Origin: Eledone cirrhosa
Lineage: Eukaryota
Length of the DNA stretch: 64,000 nucleotides
Assembly: GCA_964016885.1 (NCBI GenBank)
Contig: OZ024742.1
Location: 9,114,001 to 9,178,000 of the forward strand
Reading direction: 5' to 3'
Position 1 is the stretch's first letter; every line of letters starts with the position of its first letter. Below, piece after piece: positions 1 through 10,140 of the stretch. Under the pieces are notes generated by a model, which was not told where the DNA came from, ran no database searches, and saw only the letters and a program-made list of their open reading frames with translations. Made by a program: the position numbers and the translations under genes.

Positions 1-120
1 ATCAATAAACTTAAGTACCATTCCAATACAGGGTCAACTTAGCTGTCTACTCTATCTACCCCTCCTCGCTTTCTCTTAACCTTACAAATTATTGTTATTA
101 TCATCAATAATATCCACCGA

Positions 121-312
121 GGCCGGGTGAATTGGCAGTATCGGTAGAGGGTCGGACGCCATGCTTTGACGCATAGAGTTACGGCCCTTGCCCTTCTGAG
201 TTCAAATCCCACCGAGGTTAACTTTGCCTTTCATCCTTACGAGTTCGATAAAATAAAATACCAGTAATACACTGGGATAATTGCTGTCCTTGTACCAAAA
301 GTAGAAACAATA
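121..312 (+). mobile_element. tRNA-derived SINE (octopus-type; central domain resembles the Meta/Sauria-SINE core)
   Basis: Box A-like TGGCAGTATCGG, box B GAGTTCAAATCC, body TTTGCCTTTCATCCTTAC..GTCGATAAAATAAAGTACCAG, tail CCAAAAGTAGAAACAA; recurs >10 times in the window. Confidence 0.85.
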
Positions 313-318
313 TCATTT

Positions 319-612
319 ATCGATAAAATAAAGTACCAGTAGCACACTGGGGTCAATGTAATCGACTTCCTCCTCCCTTCAAATTGTTGGCCGTGTGCCA
401 AAAGTAGAAACAATTCTCATGATTTAGCGTTGGACAATTTGGTTGCGGCATAGTTACACCTGTTTATGTTCTCAGTTGAAATGTCGGTGAAGATAGCTTA
501 GTCTTTCATCTTTATAGGGTTGATAAAGTACCAGTAATGAACTGGGATTGATTTAATCCACTTTCCCCACCCCCGAAAATTGCTGGCTTGTGCCTGTATA
601 AGAAAGCATTAT
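319..612 (+). mobile_element. SINE 3' fragment followed by an older diverged SINE copy
   Basis: GATAAAATAAAGTACCAG..TGTGCCAAAAGTAGAAAC at 319-412; degenerate copy at ~425-612. Confidence 0.65.
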
Positions 613-823
613 TTAGAAATAATTAATAAAAAACTACCTTATATACTCGAATATAAGTTGATCGGAATATAAGTCGCCTTCCCACTTCCCCACATTTTAG
701 GTTTGAAAAAGGAAAAAATTCAAACCACATTTATAAGTGGAGGCAGCTGCGATGTTTTGTCACATATTCCTAGTCTTATATTCGAGTATATATTCCTAGA
801 CTTATATTCAAGTATATACGGTC

Positions 824-1000
824 GCAATATCGGTAGAGAGTCGGACGCTATGCTTTGATGCATAGAGTTACTGCCCTTGCCATTCTGAGTTCGAAACCCG
901 CCGAGGTTAACTTTGCCTTTCATCCTTACGGGGTCGATAAAATAAAGTACCAGTAATGCACTGAATAATTGCTGGCCTTGTGCCAAAAAGTAGAAACAAT
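824..1000 (+). mobile_element. SINE copy
   Basis: Same box B, body and tail as 121-312; the ORF 720..986 is just its antisense. Confidence 0.85.
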
Positions 1001-2218
1001 TATTGTTCTTGTGTTATTAGTAAGAAGATATGTCTGCCATGGGCCTGTGGAAGTTTGGGGTGGACTACTCTTTTACTCTTTTACCTCTTCCAGCTACCCG
1101 GCTGAAGCCATGCTGGGGCACCGCCCTTAAGTACTACATTTAATTTCGAGGTCAACCTTGCCTTTCATCCATTTGAGGTCGATAAAAAAATTTACCAGTC
1201 TATTACTGAAGTTTCTTCTTCTATATTTCTTTCTCACTCTTTCCATCCTTCTTTAGAAGAAATCTGCTGTAGTCAGACCTGGAGAGAAGATGGGCTCTGA
1301 CAGGTTTAAAAGGAAATGCCCCAGAAACGGTGTATGTCAATACGGTGCCTCTACGACCCTATTAGAAGTTACGGGACCATACATTCATTCATTCATATTT
1401 AATTTCAAGGAAGAGGAATGTTGTTTTATTGGTTTGACGAACGTTTCACATGGTTCCAGTCTTTCTATTATCTTTGAATAGCCAAATGTTTGTTTTAAGA
1501 TGTTATAGTTTATATTTTGAGGAAATCTTCGTTTGAATCTAAAATGTCTGACGTTGGAGGTGTAAGAGTTGTTAACCACAAAAGCGATAAAATCACCGGA
1601 TTACAGAAAACAAATTAAAACAAAAAACAAATTAACATAATAAAATTATAGAATTAAAAAGGAAAACTGAAGTTTTAATAATAGACATTCAAACTTCGAA
1701 AATATAAAGAAGACACTGATTAGTCCAGAAACGAAAACATTGATAAACATAGACTTTCACACTTGAATACAAACAAGCGTCGAACAGCTTTTAGTATTGA
1801 AGGTAACAAAAACTGCAGTGACTCTTTTTATATTGTAAGATAATATGGGCGATGGACACAAGTGAACTACTACTGAAAAAGAATGTAAACTATTTAAAAC
1901 AACTGTACACCATCATCTGATGTATTCTGAAGGATAGAAGAAAATTATAATATTTCTGTTTCTCAAAAATGGATGGGTTAAATTTCTTTAAGTAGGCTTG
2001 GAAGCTCCTAGTGATCCTATGGTGATGGGGGATGACCTTGATCTAATGAAAGTTCCAAATCTTTTTCAGTTCCCACTTTAGATACTGGTACAGGTTAATT
2101 TTCTCCTCCCTTTCTTGCACTCTTGTGTCAAAGGTGTAAGCTACATCTATAATTAACCAAGATTTGTCAAAAACCACCATATGAAGCCTATTATGCTTAC
2201 ATTATCTGTTTATATCCT

Positions 2219-2405
2219 AGGGCAGTGGATTGGCAGTATCGCTAGAGGGTTGGACACCATGCTTTCCAGCATAGTTACGTCCCTTTACGATCTAAGTTCA
2301 AATCCCGCCGAGGTTGAATTTGCCTTTCATCCTTACGGGGTCGATAAAAATAAAGTACCAGTAATGCACTGGGTAATTGATGGCCTTGTGCCTAAAGTAG
2401 AAACA
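2219..2405 (+). mobile_element. SINE copy
   Basis: Full box A/box B/body/tail; flanked by ATTATCTGTTTATAT repeats. Confidence 0.85.
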
Positions 2406-2429
2406 ATTATCTGTTTATATTCTTATTAT

Positions 2430-2615
2430 AGGGCGGTGAATTGGCAGTATCGGTAGAGGGATGGACGCCATGTTTTCTAGCATAGTTACGTCCCTTTACA
2501 GACTGAGTTCAAATCCCGCCGAGGTTAACTTTGCCTTTCATCCTTACGGGGTCGATAAAATAAAGTACCAGTAATGAACTGGGTATTTGCTGGCCTTGTG
2601 CCTAAAGTAGAAACA
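2430..2615 (+). mobile_element. SINE copy (tandem with the previous one)
   Basis: Full SINE followed by ATTATCTGTTTATATCCT. Confidence 0.85.
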
Positions 2616-3551
2616 ATTATCTGTTTATATCCTGAAATCCACAGCACCTTCACCTGATCCTTTTCTATCACCGATCACCGACTCTGGCTTATGCTCATAC
2701 CACTTCTCGGACTGGAGTAAATTATTAAGTTTACATGAACTCCAGTGGATCACTGTTTCTATGATATCGTGTCTCCAGCCTTTATAGTGAGTCTCGGCAA
2801 GGTACTTACACTTGGATACGATGTGAGCCACAGTTTCCTCTCTCTCCCTGTCTCTCTTTCTCTCTCGCTCTCTCTCTCCCTCTCTCTCTCCATAGACCCT
2901 ACAGAGCGGATAGCCTGCTCCTTGTCAATCTGTTTCACACACTTCGTTCTAAGAGTTGCTCCCGTGCAACCATTAACATTCCCTTTGTAGCTTTCTTAAG
3001 ATCTACCTTTAACCAGATCATGTCTGCAGATCCCTGAATTCTGTTTTCCTCAAGAAATACTTTGGAGGGCCTTTGTATTCAGGTTCTTCTTCCTCTTAGT
3101 GGTTACTACTTTCTTGGGCATCCCCTGCTCAATAATCTCATTTTTCAATACAGCCTTAGGCATTGGATCATTGCTCTCATACACATATTTATCTAAACAG
3201 TTCTTCGCCATCTGAACACAGTCTTCCACAGTGATGAGACCTCTCCCTTCTTCAGATCCCATTAAATTCAGTCAATTATTATGCGGCTTCCTGTTCGTGT
3301 CATTTTCATATTTCTTCCTTGATATATAAGACGATTAAATATTTTATCAGATACTCTCCAAATCATCTTAAGCAGTTAGTTGTATGACAAGAACTGATGA
3401 AGAAATACGGGAAGCAAATATTAAAAACAAGAGACGTAAGTTTGAACAGTAAATAGATACATAATAATCATTGACAGACAAATGTAGATAGATTTCTAGA
3501 GGGAGAGAAGTATGTGGGATGACACACACACACATATATATATATATATAT

Positions 3552-3682
3552 GTTTATTCCGGGTACAATCGGGGGTATTAAGGTACGCAATACGAAGCAG
3601 AGTATAAATGTTTAATATAGAAAAGGCTTCTCCAGGACTAGAACTGTTTCATTCGGGAGAAATGATCAGGGTCTCCTGATGA
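3552..3682 (-). mobile_element. PLE pLTR remnant with degenerate hammerhead (family A)
   Basis: rc CCTGATCATTTCTCCCGAATGAAACAGTTCTAGTCCTGGAGAAGCC plus tail running into (TA)n; homologous to 33346-33483 and 34395-34782. Confidence 0.65.
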
Positions 3683-3815
3683 TTACGGCCCTTTATGGTC
3701 TGAGTTCAAATCCCGCCGAGGTTAATTTTGCCTTCCATCTTTACGGGGTCGATAAAATAAAGTACCAGTAATACACTGAGATAATTGCTGGCCTTGTGCC
3801 AAAAGTAGAAACAAT
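3683..3815 (+). mobile_element. 5'-truncated SINE
   Basis: Box B, body and tail match the family. Confidence 0.8.
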
Positions 3816-3827
3816 TATATATATATA

Positions 3828-4410
3828 CTAGCAGTGGTACCCGGCGTTGCATGGATAAGATATTTTGGAACGCGGGCCGCCAACAGACTTAATCGTGGAA
3901 AAACTGCATGTCTGGACAATATTTAAAGAAAATAAACCGATCACTTTGAAGGCTGGATAATCTTTAAGATTTTCCTTGATGAAGCAAGAAAAATGCGGGC
4001 CCTAGGGGATCAAGAAAATGAATTTTTTTTGTGCATAATATGCCTTTAAATTTCGGGAAAATCGGCTAGACGTAACGCCTCCAAAAAGCCCTAAGAAGCT
4101 GAAAAAATGAAGTTTTTCACCTAATGCGGGCCCTAGGCCTTAAGAAAGTTGGATTTTCTTTGCTTACGGTATGAAGAAGAGACTGACTAATACATAGTTA
4201 CAATTTCAAGGAAATCAGTCAGATGTAACGCCTCAAAAAACCCTAAAAATCTTTAAAAACGCAGTTTTTCACCTAATGCGGGCCCTAGGAGATAAAAAAA
4301 AGTTGAATTTTGTATGTGCATAACACTCCCTGAAACATAAGTAATACTCTTGTAAAGTTTGAAAAAAATCGGTTGGGTACTTCTTGAGTTTTAGGGATTC
4401 AAACTCACAG

Positions 4411-4468
<58 letters not shown>

Positions 4469-4792
4469 CCTCAGGGAAGTGACGTAATGCAGACAGCCAG
4501 ACATATAGACAGATATTATAAGGGCGCGACGTTATATGTATGTATTTATCTAAAAAGAGAAAGACTAAGAATTATAGAGCGAGATCGCTAAATCGCCTAA
4601 TGCGGTCCCTACGGCATTGAAAATTTGAAATTCTTTTTGCTCAGAACACTCTCTGAAACATAAGTATTACATGTGTAAAGTTTGAAAACAATCGGTTGAG
4701 TGGTTCTCGAGTTTTAAGGATTCGAACACACACACACACACAGCCAGACACACACACACACAGACAGACATCCCCAGTTTTATATATATAGA
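3828..4792 (-). mobile_element. Non-autonomous Helitron-like element
   Basis: Minus strand starts TCTATATATATAAAAC..GTCTGTCTG and ends GCAACGCCGGGTACCACTGCTAG; internal subrepeats (AATGCGGGCCCTAGG) and (CA)n; ends resemble 48689-49601. Confidence 0.7.
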
Positions 4793-5237
4793 CTAGTTAA
4801 GGAACCCGTTATGCTGGGAATATCCTCGCTCCTCAACATGGCCCCCTTTAAATAGCCCCTTTAAATATCCCCTATTTTAGGGGAGAGAAAGATTTAAACT
4901 ATATGTTGACATACTCCAAGAGCTAAATAGCCTATGTATCAAATTTAACCCTTTAATATTTACATTACTCTATATATACTATTGTATTTTCACATAAAAG
5001 GCTTTATTTCACATAATTATCTCACATAATATCAAATCGTTGATGCTATTTATTTTGAGAACAATACGTTATCATTAGCATAAATGGCCAGTTAGTTCTG
5101 GTTTGACAGAAAGAGGTGAGAGAATTCTGGCCGGATATGGCCGGTTTAAATGCTAAAGGGTTAAACAAAATCGGATGGAAACTGTGGAAATGCATCGCCT
5201 GCATACAGACAGACATTTTCGTTTTTATATATAGAGA
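4793..5237 (-). mobile_element. Second non-autonomous Helitron-like element abutting the first
   Basis: CTAG at 4793-4796; other end CAGACAGACATTTTCGTTTTTATATATAGAGA (5' TC on minus strand). Confidence 0.6.
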
Positions 5238-5325
5238 TTTGAACTCAGACCGTAAAGGGACGTAACTCCATGCTATGAAGCATGGTGTCCGACTCTCTGC
5301 AGATTCTGCCAATCCACCGCCCTAA
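5238..5325 (-). mobile_element. SINE 5' half
   Basis: rc of GGGCGGTGGATTGGCAG..CTGAGTTCAAA. Confidence 0.75.
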
Positions 5326-5569
5326 TGTCTGTACGTAATGAGGGAGTGAGAGGGGAGAGAAAGAAAGGCAGAGGTGAAGTGACGAAGTGACTCTCCTCCT
5401 CCTCCTCCTCCCCCTCCTCCATCTCCCCATTGGTCACAGCGATAGAGGGGAGGAATGTTAGTGTGTTACAAAGAGAAAGAGTGAGAGTGAGAGAAACAGA
5501 CAGACTAAAAGAGAGGGATAGCTGGAGAGAGAGAGAGATAGCAACGGATACAGTACAGTAGCTAAGGGA

Positions 5570-5815
5570 TGTATATATATTTCTGTGTGTATATATATAT
5601 ACATTTCTGTGTGTGTAATATATATATATATACACACAGAAATATATATATACATTTCTGTGTGTGTAATATATATATATATATATACACACAGAAATAT
5701 ATATACATTTCTGTGTGTGTGTATATATATATATTACACACACAGAAATGTATATATATTTCTGTGTGTATATATATATATATATTACACACACAGAAAT
5801 GTATATATATATTTC

Positions 5816-5848
<33 letters not shown>

Positions 5849-5953
5849 TACACACACAGAAATGTATATATATATTTCTGTGTGTATATATATATATATA
5901 TATTACACACACAGAAATGTATATATATTTCTGTGTGTATATATATATATTTC

Positions 5954-5984
<31 letters not shown>

Positions 5985-6015
5985 TACACACACACAGAAA
6001 TGTATATATGTTTCT
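5570..6015. repeat. Compound palindromic minisatellite of ATTTCTGTGTG-(TA)n-CACACAGAAAT units
   Basis: Self-complementary units repeated several times; explains the spurious YI/CV ORFs. Confidence 0.85.
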
Positions 6016-7299
6016 GTAACACTCCTCAATTCCACCCTCTCTCCCTGCGCTATCCCCCTCTTGTAGTCTGTCTCTTTCTTTCACTCTCACGTTCTCTCTA
6101 CGCGTGCGCAAAAAACATTCGCACGCGCGCACGTGTTTTAGCGCTATTCACTCTCTCTCTCTCCCTCTCTCCCTCCCGCTATCCTCCTCTCGTAGTCTGT
6201 CTCTTTCTTTCACTCTCACTCTCTCTCTCTACGCGTGCGCAAAAAACATTCGCACGCGCGCACGTGTTTCCACTGTCGGACAGACAGATAGACAGAGAAA
6301 TTGATGGTTATACATTATAAGGAGATTATTGTTGTTGATGTTGTTTGTTGAACAAATCGAAATTCATGGACAGCCGGCTGTTGTCTTTTTTTTGCTCAAA
6401 AGGTTGCGGTGTGTGTATAACAAATAAACAGGGTTTAGCCGTTATGGGCTACAGGGAGAGAAACATAATCCTACTCGATAATGTCATGGTTAGTTTAACT
6501 ATTAATCAATAACCAATGTCCAATATAAAACGTTGTATAACAATGGGAGCAACAAGAAAATTACGAGAGAGATTTGTAACACGTGTCGACAGACGAACAT
6601 ACAAAATAATAATAATAATGATAATAATAATCATGTAATGATAATAATAATAAACAAAATTATAATAACCAAACACATAATGAAATTGTATTGTCGTTTC
6701 TATTATTTGAATAATGATGTGAGGTAGGAATTTCGGAAGAGATAATTTTGTCCTTCAGATGAAAATTAATTCATGACAAGATCAGAGTTTGTGTAAGAGA
6801 GCCCTAAATCAACAACAACAACAACAACAACAATATAAATGAATTAGGAAAAAATATTCCTAACTGATTGGAAGGGAGATTTTACAGAGTTTCTGGTTGG
6901 TTCTCTGTTTCAGTTGTTTCTCCCCTTACTCTGGATATTGTATAGGTTTGCTGCAGGCTTTATATTATCTGGAAGTATGTGGTGGGTAGTCTGTGATTTC
7001 TTTGGTTTGAAATAGAATGAGGGAGAGAAAGAGATGGGGAAAGAAAGGTAGGGGAAGAGAGAGGGGGAAGAGAGAGAGGATGAGAAAACGGGAAAAGAGA
7101 TGGCGGAAAGAGAATGAGAGGGAGAAAGAGATGGGTGACAGAGAGATTGAGAGAGAAGAGAAGATAGAGGGAGATTGGAAAAGAGATATATAGAGAGAGA
7201 GTTAAAGAGATGTAGAAAGAGGGGTAGAGTGAGTGAGAGAGAGAGTAGGAAGGGATACTGTTAAAGGGGGGGATGTATATAGAGAGACATCGGGCTTGA

Positions 7300-7960
7300 G
7301 GTGTGTGTGGCGTGTGGGGAATATAATGTAGTGTGGTGTGGTGTGTGAGTGTGGAGAATATAATGTGGTGAGATGTGGTGTGTGGGGAATATAATGTGGT
7401 GTGGTGTGTGGGGAATATAATGTGGTGAGGTGTGGTGTGTGGTGTGTGGGGAATATAATGTGGTGTGGTGTGGTGTGTGGGGAATATAATGTGGTGTGGT
7501 GTGGTGTGTGAGTATGGGGAATATAATGTGGTGTGGTGTGGTGTGTGGGGAATATAATGTGGTGTGGTGTGTGGGGAATATAATGTGGTGAGGTGTGGTG
7601 TGTGATGTGTGGGGAATATAATGTGGTGTGGTGTGGTGTGTGGGGAATATAATGTGGTGAGGTGTGTGGTGTGGGGAACATAATGTGGTGTGGTGTGGTG
7701 TGTGGGGAATATAATGTGGTGTGGTGTGTGGGGAATATAATCTGGTGTGGTGTGTAGGGAATATAATGTGGTGAGGTGTGGTGTGTGGGGAATATAATGT
7801 GGTGAGGTGTGTGGTGTGTGGGGAATATAATGTGGTGAGGTGTGTGGTGTGGGGAACATAATGTGGTGTGGTGTGGTGTGTGGGGAATATAATGTGGTGT
7901 GGTGTGGTGTGTGGGGAATATAATGTGGTGTGGTGTGGTGTGGTGTGGTGTGGTGTGTGG
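7300..7960 (+). repeat. G-rich minisatellite, ~25-35 bp unit GGGGAATATAAT(GTGGT)nGT
   Basis: About 20 tandem units visible. Confidence 0.9.
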
Positions 7961-8074
7961 CCGTGAGAAGGAAATTGGACAGCTTAGGAAAATACGACGA
8001 AGATAATGTGCCATAAAGATAAGAGAGGAAAGAAAAATATATAAATATATAGAAAATAGGTTGACTAGCTATTG

Positions 8075-8146
8075 TCTGTCTGTCTATCTATCGATCTATC
8101 TATATCTATCTATCGATCTATTTATCTATCTCTCTATCTATCTATC
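8075..8146. repeat. (TGTC)/(TATC)n microsatellite flanking Tx1 copy 1
   Basis: Direct reading. Confidence 0.9.
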
Positions 8147-8349
8147 TTGATAGAGTAAGACACGCTTCACATCGGCTCCGCTATTCCATCGGGATTTACC
8201 CTTACTATAGTAAGTACCGGATAAATTTTTCAGTGCAACACATTTGGAACACTAACCCCTGTTATTTAGGGAAACATTTTTGCATTTACCCCCTTTTTAG
8301 GGGGTAAAATAAATATCTATTTTTGCCGAAAAATTTCTTTCTTGGCAGC

Positions 8350-10100
8350 ATGGCGGAAAAGATGGCAGACATGTCTGCCATTAGCTCTGCCACGCCCCCC
8401 AAGTCTGAAGAACAAAAAATAATTACAACAAAATTAGACAACGAAACAAACAAGGAAAATGAAAAAACAAATGTTAAGGAAAATGAGCAAACGGAAAACA
8501 AACGAACAGAAAATAATACAAATAACAACAGGGCAACTTTCGCCCAGAAAACAAAACAATCCATAACATACACACCAATTGACTTAACTGCCGCCAGAGA
8601 AAAACTGGCCGAAGCGAAAAAACAAATAGTCTTGGGGGAGAACGGAATGTTTTCCATTAACTCCCGCCCCCTCCCCAGAATTCAAGAAAGTCAGAACAGA
8701 GAGCACAGTTCTCTTCAGAACTATACTGAACCAGACAAGAAAGCCAGCACAGCCCAGCCAAATGGAAATAGAGTTGGTCCTAAAAGACTATATGAAGAAT
8801 ATTCTCTTCATACGAAAGGACCGACTCTATGGCAGCATTTCGGTCCTAACAAAAGACAAAGAAACGGCGGAGAAGCTTTCCCTAAGCCCACTCTCATCGA
8901 CAACATACAGCTTCTATCCCTCCTACATGGGTAGAAGAACACAGAGAGTAAAAGTAAAAACAATGCTGCCCACAATGGACTTCTGGTGGGCTATTGCTGG
9001 CTTCATAGACATGGGCGAGGACACAGTGCTGTCAATGGGGAAGGCAACTGGAGATGCGTTCCTGGGAATGGGCCTCGACATACTAGTCCAAATGAGGCCC
9101 GAAAGAATAGCACAAATCCCGGATCGTATCTGGCTGGATGACCTTACCCCAATAGATATAATTGTAGAGGGGAGAAGACCAGCATGCTATTTATGCATGG
9201 AAAGGGGACACGTTAAGGCTAACTGCCCGAAACGTATCCCCCAAAAAGGACTATTGCCCACACCCACCACAAACAGTACACCAACACCACCCACCTCCAA
9301 AAATACACTAATACCACACACAGCAAACAAAATACAGACACCACCAACCACAAACACAACACAAACATCACCACCACCAGCACCAACCACAAGCACGACA
9401 CAAACATTACCACCACCACCACCACCACAAAACCCATTCCAAACAAATAATAAAAAAAAACAGTAACAAATCTACCCCTCCCGCAAAAAAAAAAAACAAC
9501 CACACAACACGTCCCTCCCACCTAGCGCTGAAGAGTTTCTCCCAACTTCTGAAGAAGAAGGAGGAGAAGCCTTCAGACAAGTTAAAAGAAAAAAAAGAAA
9601 ACACATACCCAGCACACCACAAATAACCCACACACAAACACCAACTCCAATCAAAAACACCCCACCCTCGACAAACAAAAATAAATCTGCGCCTCCCCTC
9701 TCCGAAACATTGACAGCATCACAAAAAAAGACGTTGCCATACACATATATAAATAAAGAAAACAAAAAACTGGTTAAATTAATAAACAATAACCCTATGG
9801 TGCAGACCGAAGGGCCAAACTTTATCTCAACAGAGAACTTCACCCATTTAAAAATGATAAAGGTCCCTCTGGACCTTTATCGTTCCTTAAAAGAACAATT
9901 TAGACGGGACGTGAGCCCCCCCCCCCTATTTAAAACCGTTAAATCGCGTCCTCTTGAAATATTTCCCCATAACCCCCCCTCTCCCTGACACAACTCCAAA
10001 TACGCCAACCCACCACACTCGGGTACCCCCACACCACCACAAGACATCCCTCCACCCAACACACCCGACCCCATGGAAATTACACAACCCGGAGAGGTAG
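8350..10100 (+). pseudogene. Tx1 ORF1 (gag-like; CCHC knuckle CYLCMERGHVKANC), frameshifted
   Basis: ORF pieces 8323-8934, 8762-9466 and 9710-9988 are collinear with ORF1 of copy 2. Confidence 0.8.
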
Positions 10101-10140
10101 GTGCTTTTCTTTCTTCACTTTCAACACCAAAATAGATTAA

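Larger units (their letters stand above)
1900..3262 (-). mobile_element. Degenerate R4/Dong-type non-LTR retrotransposon 3' part (post-RT region, CCHC, restriction-like endonuclease), interrupted by two SINEs
   Basis: Minus-strand peptides GRGLITVEDCV, AHIVSKC..LAETHYKGWRHD, KWYEHKPESV, DFRI*TDN, then beyond the SINEs MVVFDKSWLIIDVAYTFDTRVQEREEKI..WELKKIW..VIPITIGSLG. Confidence 0.75.

Noticed and set aside
121-312. tRNA gene
   Set aside because: Box A/B belong to the SINE head; no cloverleaf evident and the sequence continues into the SINE body
6920-7000. Possible minus-strand host exon (CACAG..GTAAGG)
   Set aside because: Short, no recognisable peptide, no partner exons; cannot be supported without RNA-seq
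6960-8014. His/Thr/Pro-rich 270-299 aa ORFs
   Set aside because: Open frames through the G-rich minisatellite with no other support
9187-9843. Antisense Val/Gly-rich ORFs over Tx1 ORF1
   Set aside because: By-product of the A/C-rich sense strand giving few stops on the reverse strand
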